From contig JBDRJQ010000033.1 in assembly GCA_043814765.1 (NCBI GenBank), positions 1 to 26,041 of the forward strand: a DNA stretch of 26,041 bases, read 5' to 3'. This document shows, in pieces, positions 16,886 through 25,057 of the stretch. How positions within the stretch are numbered: the stretch's first letter is position 1; the number at the start of each line of letters is the position of its first letter. Under the pieces are notes generated by a model that had not been told where the DNA came from, did not search any database, and saw only the letters and a list, made by a program, of their open reading frames with translations. A program made the position numbers and the translations under genes. This stretch comes from Nanobdellota archaeon (GTDB taxonomy: Archaea; Aenigmatarchaeota; Aenigmatarchaeia; QMZP01).

Positions 16886-17443
16886 TTACTTTTTCTTGGT
16901 TTCTGTCCTTTTTGGTTCTTTCTTTGCCTCTTTAGGTTTCTCTTCTTTCTCGGGTTCATTTTTAGGCTTTTCTTCTGTTTTAGGTTCAACCTTTTCTAAA
17001 GGCTTCTCTTCCTTTTTTGCCTTTATTTCCCCTTTCTTTTTTTCTAGTTTTGATGCAAGCTTTTCTACAGGAGTCTCTTTCTTGCCGCCGAGCCTGTCTT
17101 TTAGCTTATCTACACGGCCTTTATTTCCCTTGTCTTCTATGTCTAGTTCATTAGGCAAACGGGCCCAAACAACTCCTTCCTTGTTTTTCCTAACCTTTAT
17201 TTTTATCTTTCCAGGAGGTTTCTCAATTCCCCTGTACCAGAGCTGTTCGTTTAAACTGCGTGATATTTTAACATTATCACTATGCATATGCCTGTTGAGA
17301 AACAATCTAATAGTATTAACTGATTTTTTGACTCTTTTATTCCTTGGAACCTTTATCCAGGCGCTCCTTAGTGGCACTGTATAGATGCGTTCGTCTGCGC
17401 TTGCAGAAGCCTTCTCAGCCTTAACTTGCACGTCCTTTGCCAT
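16886..17443 (-). CDS. rpl31e: 50S ribosomal protein L31e with long K/E/P-rich C-terminal extension
   Basis: ERIYTVPLR..VPRNKRVKKSVNTIRLFLNRHM..LNEQLWYRGIEKPPGKIKIKV. Confidence 0.93.
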   Translation of the reverse strand: MAKDVQVKAEKASASADERIYTVPLRSAWIKVPRNKRVKKSVNTIRLFLNRHMHSDNVKISRSLNEQLWYRGIEKPPGKIKIKVRKNKEGVVWARLPNELDIEDKGNKGRVDKLKDRLGGKKETPVEKLASKLEKKKGEIKAKKEEKPLEKVEPKTEEKPKNEPEKEEKPKEAKKEPKRTETKKK

Positions 17444-17451
17444 ATAAACAC

Positions 17452-17619
17452 CTATACCTTGAGCTTACTTCGTCTCCAGTTCTTTGTAGACACTCTTATC
17501 CTTCTTGTCCTGGCCCTTTTGAGGCCAAATTTCCTAATATCAGCCCATCTAGGGGCAGACCTAATTTTACCCTTTGCTATTAGCCTTAATTTCTTTCCAA
17601 GTGGCTTGTTTCTGGACAT
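17452..17619 (-). CDS. rpl39e: 50S ribosomal protein L39e
   Basis: Not in the ORF track. Manual translation MSRNKPLGKKLRLIAKGKIRSAPRWADIRKFGLKRARTRRIRVSTKNWRRSKLKV (55 aa), in the conserved position upstream of rpl31e. Confidence 0.9.
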   Translation of the reverse strand: MSRNKPLGKKLRLIAKGKIRSAPRWADIRKFGLKRARTRRIRVSTKNWRRSKLKV

Positions 17620-17626
17620 TTTGCTC

Positions 17627-17896
17627 CTATTTTCTAGTTATATTAAACTCCTTTTTTTCTGATAGCATTATCAAGATTTCTTTCATTTTATCGTCTGTAA
17701 TTCTCTGATCAAATCTTCCTGACTGGAATATCTGCACCATGTATAATTCAATCTGTGCAGCCAGCTGAGGGTTGGCTGATCTAATTCGAGAGAGCCTTTC
17801 ATATGCCTCTTTACTCAGCATAACAGACAATACCTGTTTTTTAATCTGCTCTATTTGCTGAGCTTTAGCCAGCTCATTAGGATCATCTATGTTCAT
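17627..17896 (-). CDS. PDCD5/TFAR19-like DNA-binding protein
   Basis: LSKEAYERLSRIRSANPQLAAQIELYMVQIFQSGR..ITDDKMKEIL..KKEFNITRK, in the conserved position after rps19e. Confidence 0.9.
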   Translation of the reverse strand: MNIDDPNELAKAQQIEQIKKQVLSVMLSKEAYERLSRIRSANPQLAAQIELYMVQIFQSGRFDQRITDDKMKEILIMLSEKKEFNITRK

Positions 17897-17901
17897 AATA
17901 A

Positions 17902-18312
17902 TTATTTGATAGTTTTTGCAATTTCATTCATGAAGGCCTTTCCCTTTGCTGTCAATGCACGGCCCTTTTTATCCTTCTTTATTAACTGTTTGGTTTCCAT
18001 CTGTTGCATCATTCTTCTTATGATGGCTCCAGATGCCTTTCTTTTGTGTTCAGGCTGGTGACCAAGGTTCTTTCTGCCACCATAAAGCTTTCTGAATTTT
18101 GAAACGCCAAGATTCTGCTTTAAGTATAATTTCCTCATAATAGAGGCTTCTCTCAACCACCACCAGTTTTTCTGTTCAGGTGGTCTTTCCTTGTGAACAC
18201 CTGTTTTTACGAATTTTGACCATTCAGGCTGCTCTAAACCCTCTGTTTTTTCTAGGGTTTCAGCTAGCTTTTCTATGAATTCCTGCGAATCTACGTCTTT
18301 AACCGATACCAT
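17902..18312 (-). CDS. rps19e: 30S ribosomal protein S19e
   Basis: PEWSKFVKTGVHKERPP..WWWLREASIMRKLY..YGGRK..SGAIIR..GRALTAKG. Confidence 0.96.
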   Translation of the reverse strand: MVSVKDVDSQEFIEKLAETLEKTEGLEQPEWSKFVKTGVHKERPPEQKNWWWLREASIMRKLYLKQNLGVSKFRKLYGGRKNLGHQPEHKRKASGAIIRRMMQQMETKQLIKKDKKGRALTAKGKAFMNEIAKTIK

Positions 18313-18376
18313 ATTACCATCTTTATTTCCTTGCTTATATTGTTTGATTGGTTTAAGAACGTCTTAATATAACATA

Positions 18377-18463
18377 TGCAGACGTTATTTTACCTTTTGC
18401 AGACGTTATTTTACCTTTTGCTCACCAGCTTTTGCAGAAGCGTTAGCTCTCGGAAAAGCTGGT
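18377..18463. repeat. 21-bp tandem duplication followed by a 40-nt palindromic element
   Basis: TGCAGACGTTATTTTACCTTT at 18377-18397 and 18398-18418. Inverted repeat ACCAGCTTTT (18424-18433) / AAAAGCTGGT (18454-18463). Confidence 0.85.
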
Positions 18464-18553
18464 TATCAATAATGTAGAGCAACTATATTTAAATAATTAT
18501 ATAAGAAGAGGTGTATTTAGGGCTTTTGGATACAACATTTTGGTAAAGGGTTG

Positions 18554-18922
18554 TTATTTTGCCCTCTTCTTGGCCTGTTTTTCTTTCCTGTAAGGGTATC
18601 TCGTTACCTTGCCGCATTCCAGGCAATTCACTATAACTGCCTGCTGCTTTGAACTTGTTCTTGTTCTGGAGTTTTTCCCAGGAACCAAGAACTTATAGCA
18701 TTTCTTGCAGAACTTTCTCTTTAGTGTTTTAGGAATACTGGTATTGTATCTCATTGATATCTTTCGAGCCATTTCAACATATCTATGAGAACGTTCAGGA
18801 TGCTCTTGAAACTGGTTTTCTGCTTGTTTGAACAGTTTTTCAATCCGTTCTTTTACAATTTTTTTCTGCCATTCTGGTTTAACTGAGGATTTTCTTTGAA
18901 TCATCTTTATATTTTCAATCAT
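18554..18922 (-). CDS. rnp4: Ribonuclease P protein component 4 (Rpp21)
   Basis: ERIEKLF..RYVEMARKISMRY..KRKFCKKC..LVPG..CLECG..RYPY zinc ribbon. Confidence 0.93.
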   Translation of the reverse strand: MIENIKMIQRKSSVKPEWQKKIVKERIEKLFKQAENQFQEHPERSHRYVEMARKISMRYNTSIPKTLKRKFCKKCYKFLVPGKNSRTRTSSKQQAVIVNCLECGKVTRYPYRKEKQAKKRAK

Positions 18923-18927
18923 TCTCT

Positions 18928-19974
18928 TTATATGTTGCTTTCAGAATCAGCTTTTGTAACTGTTTCACTATCAGTTTTAGCTTCATTAGGCGAGAACGTT
19001 TCACCTTCTTTGCTTGATTTTTCTGAAACAAATGGTCTTATCTTAAGTGTTACTTTTGTAGTTCTGCCTAGAGGTTCAGCATCAACTATGCCTCTTTCTT
19101 TCAGGTTCTTTACTAGCCTTGAAACCTTTGCCTTGGAGAAATCTGTTTCGCGCACTAACACTTTTTGAATAACTTCACCATCATGTCTTTCTAGTATGTC
19201 CACTATTCTTTTTTCATCCTCACGAAGCACTGATGTTACAACTCTAACAGTGTCAACTTCCGGTTCCTCTTTTGTTTCAGGCTTCTTTGGAGATCTTTTA
19301 ACATATAGAACCATCGCTATCATTACTATTATAACAATCAGCGTTACTGTTACTATGAACAAAATATAGAATTCTTCACCAAATATCGGGATATTGTATT
19401 TAACCAGGAAATTGATTTTATTGTCTACCAGATCCTCTTCACTCCAAAGAAGCGTTATTGTTTTGTTGGCTGTTGCTGTTCTTGGATTTGGGGGAAAGAC
19501 GTCAGTAAGAGCTGCGTTTTCAGGCAATTTCACCTTTATTATAACATCATTAACAGATGCTGGTAAATCATAATTAGCACTGAAGATGAACTGATTGTTC
19601 ACTTTTTTTATTCCGTCCTTTGTATCAAAAAACAGCCTGATGAATCTTTTATCTTCTGCATTATTAAAAAAATCACATATTATATCACTGCCAGCTTCTG
19701 TGTCAATTATGTTGCATTCTGGGTCATCAAAATTTGCAATAACCTTCAGGTTTTCAACATCAAAGCCTAAACTATAATCAAGATGCTTCACTGAATTATC
19801 AAACTCCAATGCCATTTCATTCTCTATAAGTCTGCTGTTCAATATCTTTATGCTTATACCGAAATACTCAAAGTCAGCAGCAGAAGCCGTGGCTGGTAAA
19901 ATGAATAAAACCATGATAAAACCGGTTATTAGCACTATCTGCAACTGTTTCACATCTATAGCTAATTGTTTCAT
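18928..19974 (-). CDS. Membrane-anchored protein with extracellular domain and C-terminal winged helix-turn-helix (COG2512-like)
   Basis: Signal peptide, beta-rich ectodomain (KVKLPENA), TM helix, then LREDEKRIVDILERHDGEVIQKVLVRETDFSKAKVSRLVKNLKERGIV..LGRT wHTH. Confidence 0.85.
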   Translation of the reverse strand: MKQLAIDVKQLQIVLITGFIMVLFILPATASAADFEYFGISIKILNSRLIENEMALEFDNSVKHLDYSLGFDVENLKVIANFDDPECNIIDTEAGSDIICDFFNNAEDKRFIRLFFDTKDGIKKVNNQFIFSANYDLPASVNDVIIKVKLPENAALTDVFPPNPRTATANKTITLLWSEEDLVDNKINFLVKYNIPIFGEEFYILFIVTVTLIVIIVMIAMVLYVKRSPKKPETKEEPEVDTVRVVTSVLREDEKRIVDILERHDGEVIQKVLVRETDFSKAKVSRLVKNLKERGIVDAEPLGRTTKVTLKIRPFVSEKSSKEGETFSPNEAKTDSETVTKADSESNI

Positions 19975-20080
19975 GATTTAAGATTCACACGAAACTTTTT
20001 AAGCCTATACCTATGCGTAGAGTGAAACAATCTAAACTTTTTGTCTGCTAGCTTGAAAAGGTTTATAAAATGTAAAGGTG

Positions 20081-20101
20081 GTGTGGGTTGTTCACCCACA
20101 C
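20081..20101 (-). terminator. Hairpin downstream of the S-layer gene
   Basis: GTGTGGGT-TGTTC-ACCCACAC, followed on the minus strand by T-rich sequence. Confidence 0.6.
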
Positions 20102-20134
20102 ACTAAATTTTAATTATTTAAATTTTGAGATGAT

Positions 20135-22882
20135 TTATGCTGCGTATGAAACAGTTCCTGCCATAACCATCTTAGCTAGGTTCCTTGTGTCAGCGCCTGT
20201 CCAACCAGCTACGACCAATGCTTTCTGTGATGTTCCGAATGCGCTTTCATATTCCTTGATTACACCTGTGCTGTAGTTGTCATTGAAGTTGGCACATGTT
20301 ACATCATCGTCTGCCATCAATGTTGCTACAAGTGTGTTAACGCATGGTCCACCCAGCAAGATTAAGTCTGCGCTTAGTGAACTTGTGCTTATTTCGTTAT
20401 CGAACTTTGCTACAGGTTCTTGTATCTTAACAGCTGCGTTGTATGATCCGCCAGCTGATGATTCAGTGAATGTTGGGTTTGCTCCGAATGCTACTGTTGA
20501 AATTGCCTGTTCATCTGGATAACGAATCCATAGAGCACCTCTGCTGTCGCTGTCGTGCTTTACATATGTTCCGTATGGTATTGTGACATATTCTGTTATG
20601 CTTGCATCACTCTGCTGCGTTGCGGTGTCATAGCTTGTTGTTCCAAAATGTGGAACTTCTATGTCTACATAGTTGTTAGAATCTCTTCCAACCGTGGATA
20701 TTACTACACCCCTGTCGCTTGTTGTGTTGTCCTTCTCTTCTATGAACAGTACAGCAACACCGTCCGGGTTCTCAGACGCGGTGAAGTAACCATCGTCTAT
20801 TTCTATGCTTATGATTTCTGTGAAGTTTAATCCTACTCCTCCACCAGCAGCAACAGCAGTTACGTTGTAGACCAAATTACCTATTGTTATTGCAAAGTGG
20901 TTGTCTTGTGCATCTATTTCATAGTGTAGTGTCTGATTCACTCCGTTTATCCATAATTCAGGTCCAACACCACTTTCCTCTTGGTATGTTATGTTCATGT
21001 CTCCTGTTGGCAACTCTAGCGTGAAGTTTGCTCCGTTAGCAGTTAGGTTGAATGGGTATTCTAAATCACCGTTCAACTGAACATCTAGATTGTCTGCCAG
21101 CCAGGTCTGGTCGTATGTTGTGTTGTATGCCAAACCAACAGTTGTTACCAATGCCACGTGCCCTCCGTTCTTTGTCCTGAAAGTTGGCCATACAGTGTAC
21201 TTTGTGCCTGCGTCTAGAACCAAATCTCCGTCTGATAGTCCGCTTACAGTACCTGTTGCGTTTCCTAGTCCGGCACTGCCGCCCCACACGAATGACATGT
21301 CGCCATCGCTTTTGCTTGCGTTAACTGCGTAGAATGCCTGTCCGTCTATGTAGAACTGCTTGCTTGTGTATCTTGAACTAGGTGACATTGCTACTGTCTT
21401 TGAGTCTCCTGAAAAGGCGTCCACCAGTGTTATTGTCGCACTTGTGCTTCCTATGCTGTTTATGTCACTAAGCTGGTACAGGTGTCCGAAATCAGACAAC
21501 TGCTCAGGTGCCAAAACGACATAGTCATTTTCAGCTACCGGCATGCCCTCAGCAACAACATATTTCCTTGTAGAACTTACGTTAAGGTCTATGTCGTATG
21601 GGGTTGTTGTTGGCATGTACATCCATGTTATTGTCTGCTCATTGTTCCTGTAGTCAGTCAACTTCAGTGTGGCGCCTGTTGTTCCAGAGTCGTCAATTGC
21701 TATCTCTTCCCTGAGGTCGCTGGCTGTTGCTGGGTTTAGACCATGGTATGCAACTTTGAACGAACCAAATACTGGATCTGCAAATGGCGTGCCTGCTGGT
21801 ATGCTGTCCGCACTTGAATCCGGTCCTGCAACAGAGATGACTATCTGTGAAATACCGCTGTTGTCGCCCACTAGGTCAACCCAGGTTCCGTCTACATTTG
21901 TGTCAGATGTGCCCATTTTTACCTTGTTTCCATCCTGCATTGTTATCTTGCTTGAACCTACTATAAAGGTTACTTTTGAAGAACCAGTGTATTCCTGATA
22001 AACAACATTTTTCACATAAACGTCTACATCTCCCTGGCTGCCCTTTAGTGTGTATGTGCTAGCTTCTGTTGCTGAGTCTTTTGTTTTGCCGTCTACTGTG
22101 AAACCACATGTTGTTGTGCTGTCCACATAGTCAAGAGTAATCTCATGCGTTATTCCTGCTGCTTCTACCTCTGCTGTCTCATCCAGACCCAGAGTTACTT
22201 TTCCTGCACCGCCAAGCAATACAAGTTTGTTCTCACTTGCTGTGTCTGAGCTGTTAGATTCACTGGATATTATGTAATCAATGCCGAATAATGTTAACTC
22301 TCCAGTACCTCTTACATCAGTGCTTTCAAGGTCAAGAACCTTATTGAAAACTACTGTCAAATTGTATAGAGGCAAGGCAGAACTACTTCCCATATCTACA
22401 TACAATACAGGATCTGTGTAACTGCCACCACTTGTACCGAAAACAGTTTCTCTGGATCCAAGCTCTATGAACTGCTCATAGGTGTAAGTGCCAGACAAGT
22501 CAACTTCAGCGGTTCCCTTTGCTAATATTGTTGGCAAATCACTTGCTGTCAATGTTTGCTTTGCTCTGTTAAGCTCGCTTCCTAAGTACAGTTTTAGGCT
22601 GCTGGATGCTACGTCAATACCGTTTGAAACGCCTACTGAACTTGTTGAAGCGCATGTGCCTGCTGTTGTTGCATATCCTGCTAGTGCAACACCAATGTCA
22701 GCTGCTCCAAGTACGTCTATGACTTGTGCGCCTGTGCCGACCACGATATTAGGTGATGTCATTTTATTACCAGAAACAGTTACGTAATCACCCAATCCTG
22801 GTGCGGCAAATCCGCCAGCTAACAAGGTTGCTCCTGCAAATGCTGCAGCGAGGCCACCTGCTAAAATTCTTTTAATTCTCAT
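20135..22882 (-). CDS. S-layer protein (Methanococcales/DPANN type)
   Basis: Signal peptide, N-terminal IVVGTGAQVIDVLGAADIGVAL and C-terminal LILLGGPCVNTL..LVVAGWTGADTR S-layer domains. Acidic S/T/G-rich with at least 14 N-glycosylation sequons and a strong AAGGAGG SD. Confidence 0.9.
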   Translation of the reverse strand: MRIKRILAGGLAAAFAGATLLAGGFAAPGLGDYVTVSGNKMTSPNIVVGTGAQVIDVLGAADIGVALAGYATTAGTCASTSSVGVSNGIDVASSSLKLYLGSELNRAKQTLTASDLPTILAKGTAEVDLSGTYTYEQFIELGSRETVFGTSGGSYTDPVLYVDMGSSSALPLYNLTVVFNKVLDLESTDVRGTGELTLFGIDYIISSESNSSDTASENKLVLLGGAGKVTLGLDETAEVEAAGITHEITLDYVDSTTTCGFTVDGKTKDSATEASTYTLKGSQGDVDVYVKNVVYQEYTGSSKVTFIVGSSKITMQDGNKVKMGTSDTNVDGTWVDLVGDNSGISQIVISVAGPDSSADSIPAGTPFADPVFGSFKVAYHGLNPATASDLREEIAIDDSGTTGATLKLTDYRNNEQTITWMYMPTTTPYDIDLNVSSTRKYVVAEGMPVAENDYVVLAPEQLSDFGHLYQLSDINSIGSTSATITLVDAFSGDSKTVAMSPSSRYTSKQFYIDGQAFYAVNASKSDGDMSFVWGGSAGLGNATGTVSGLSDGDLVLDAGTKYTVWPTFRTKNGGHVALVTTVGLAYNTTYDQTWLADNLDVQLNGDLEYPFNLTANGANFTLELPTGDMNITYQEESGVGPELWINGVNQTLHYEIDAQDNHFAITIGNLVYNVTAVAAGGGVGLNFTEIISIEIDDGYFTASENPDGVAVLFIEEKDNTTSDRGVVISTVGRDSNNYVDIEVPHFGTTSYDTATQQSDASITEYVTIPYGTYVKHDSDSRGALWIRYPDEQAISTVAFGANPTFTESSAGGSYNAAVKIQEPVAKFDNEISTSSLSADLILLGGPCVNTLVATLMADDDVTCANFNDNYSTGVIKEYESAFGTSQKALVVAGWTGADTRNLAKMVMAGTVSYAA

Positions 22883-23200
22883 TAATTTCCCTCCTTTTAA
22901 ACTTTAGATTATAACATCAACCGCGTAAAGAGCCGATGTTTTATAGTAGTTTGGCTCTCTACCTATATTAAATCACCGTGAAACTGTTTCTGTAACTGTT
23001 CCAAACACTGTTCAATTTTTTATTAACCGCTAAAAGAATGTAAAAACCATCTTAAATGTTTCATTAGTCCTAATTGGTCTTTAAAAAAAGAAATAAGACT
23101 TTTTAACAGTTTTATAAAAAATGCCTAAAATACTGTAAAATACTTATAATTTCTATCTAATTTATTATGATTGCTGTCTTTGTTAAATATAGTGGTGTTT

Positions 23201-25027
23201 ATGTGTGGCATAGTTGGTTATTTGGGAGACAAGGAAGCTTCTTCTATACTGTTTGAATCATTGAAGCGTTTGGAGTACAGGGGCTATGACAGCTTTGGCT
23301 TTGCTACAGTAGATAATAATAAACTCTGGACAACAAAAGACAAGGGAAAAATAAGCGAAGTTGGCCAGATAAACCTTCCAGGCTCTATTGGCATATCGCA
23401 TACAAGGTGGGCAACACACGGACCGCCTTCAAAAATAAATGCGCACCCGCATACTGATTGCAAAAATAGAATAGCATTGGTTCATAATGGAATAATTGTA
23501 AACTATCTTTCGTTAAGAAATATGCTAAAGGAAAGGTGCCATGTTTTCAAGTCAGAAACAGATACAGAAGTCTTAGCTCACCTAATAGAAGAGCATTATA
23601 AACCAGAAACAAAACTTGAGGATGCAGTTGCAAAGGCACTAGAGCAGATTGAAGGAGCCTATGCAATCGTTGTTGTTTCTGAGTCAGAGAAAAAACTGGT
23701 TGGCGTAAAGAATGAATCTCCGCTTGTTTTGGGAGTAAGCAACCCAGGCATGTATCTGGGATCAGATATAAGCTCGTTCCTGCCGTACACCAATGAAACA
23801 ATTTCATTAAACGATTTTGAGATGGCAGTCATAGAGCCAGGGTCATACACTATTATGGACTACAGAACAGGGCTTCTGAAGGAAAGGGAGATAAAGAAAA
23901 TAGAATGGAATCAGAAGGAGAGCAGTAAAGAAGGATTTGATCATTTCATGCTAAAGGAGATATTTGAACAGCCCACTATCTTAAAAAGGGCTCTTAGCAT
24001 ATCTGAAGAAGAGATATCACAATTGGCAGATGTTATAAAGGATGCTGAAAATGTTTACATAACCGCTACAGGAACATCACTTCATGCAGCCATGACAAGT
24101 GAGTATTGGTTTTCAAAACTAGCTAAGCTACCTGTTAGAGTTGTTGATTCGTCTGAGTTTGAAGATAAAGCCATAATAAATGATAAGACATTGGTAATAG
24201 GAATAACACAGTCAGGTGAAACCTATGACACTTTAAAGGCAATGAGATATGCAATCAGCAAAAAAGCTAAGACAGCATCCATAGTCAACGTACCTGATTC
24301 AACAGCAACCCAGATTTCTGACATAACAATATTGCAAGGGTCTGATCTGGAAGTGGGTGTTGCAGCCACTAAAACATTTACAACACAGTTAATGGTTTTG
24401 TTGAGATTAGTGCTCAGTTTATCGAAAAAGAACGGGAACAATGTCTCATCTCCCACTATGAAGGATGAGAGATGTCTCTCGTTCAGTGATATTAGAGACG
24501 AGATTTCAGATATAGAAGAGCAAGTAAAGGAGCTGCCAAAATTAATTGAGGAGTGTCTGACACAAAAAGACAAAATAAAAACAGTAGCAGAAAAATATTG
24601 TGCCAATGTTAGGAACCTGCTGTATATAGGAAAGGGAATAAACTACCCCACTGCAATGGAAGGAGCCCTGAAATTGAAGGAGATAAGCTACCTGCATGCA
24701 GAGGGCATGCCCGCAGGTTTTCTTAAGCATGGAACAATCTCCCTTATAGCAGATGATATGTATACAGTAGCCTTTGTTCCGCGAGACGACAGAAAGATAT
24801 TAAGCAACGTTGAAGAAATAAAATCGCGTGGGGGGAAGGTTATAGGAATTGTTTCAGGCACAGCGAAACATTTTGATGATATAATAAGCGTACCAAAAGT
24901 TCATGATATTATTTCACCGATTGTGTTCGCACCGGCTTATCAATTGCTGGCATATTACACTTCAGTTGCTCTGGGCAAGGATCCAGACAAGCCAAGGCAC
25001 CTTGCCAAAAGTGTAACAGTTGAGTGA
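23201..25027 (+). CDS. glmS: Glutamine--fructose-6-phosphate aminotransferase (isomerizing)
   Basis: True start is MCGIVG at 23201 (catalytic N-terminal Cys). LEYRGYDS, HTRWATHG, HNGII, VAATKTF, EGALKLKE and LAKSVTVE motifs. Confidence 0.97.
   Translation: MCGIVGYLGDKEASSILFESLKRLEYRGYDSFGFATVDNNKLWTTKDKGKISEVGQINLPGSIGISHTRWATHGPPSKINAHPHTDCKNRIALVHNGIIVNYLSLRNMLKERCHVFKSETDTEVLAHLIEEHYKPETKLEDAVAKALEQIEGAYAIVVVSESEKKLVGVKNESPLVLGVSNPGMYLGSDISSFLPYTNETISLNDFEMAVIEPGSYTIMDYRTGLLKEREIKKIEWNQKESSKEGFDHFMLKEIFEQPTILKRALSISEEEISQLADVIKDAENVYITATGTSLHAAMTSEYWFSKLAKLPVRVVDSSEFEDKAIINDKTLVIGITQSGETYDTLKAMRYAISKKAKTASIVNVPDSTATQISDITILQGSDLEVGVAATKTFTTQLMVLLRLVLSLSKKNGNNVSSPTMKDERCLSFSDIRDEISDIEEQVKELPKLIEECLTQKDKIKTVAEKYCANVRNLLYIGKGINYPTAMEGALKLKEISYLHAEGMPAGFLKHGTISLIADDMYTVAFVPRDDRKILSNVEEIKSRGGKVIGIVSGTAKHFDDIISVPKVHDIISPIVFAPAYQLLAYYTSVALGKDPDKPRHLAKSVTVE
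24443..24502. other. 60-nt self-complementary in-frame insertion within glmS
   Basis: Encodes VSSPTMKDERCLSFSDIRDE. Folds as GTCTCATCTC..CAC..TGAA..GAGAG-ATGT-CTCTC..TTCA-GTG..GAGACGAGAT. Confidence 0.65.
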
Positions 25028-25057
25028 TTTAAATAGATTGAATATACGGATGATATT

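Noticed and set aside
22883..23200. glmS ribozyme upstream of glmS
   Set aside because: The region is AT-rich and promoter-like, with no recognisable conserved ribozyme core. That ribozyme is bacterial.
63..24730. Many antisense/overlapping ORFs in the track (e.g. 63-278, 3994-4488, 5036-5482, 15957-16607, 16896-17384, 21669-21998, 24223-24606)
   Set aside because: They are shadows of well-supported genes on the opposite strand or in other frames, with no motifs or translation signals.
23201..25027. Intein in GlmS
   Set aside because: The GISHTRWATHG region is uninterrupted, and the 20-aa insert is far too short and lacks intein splice motifs.
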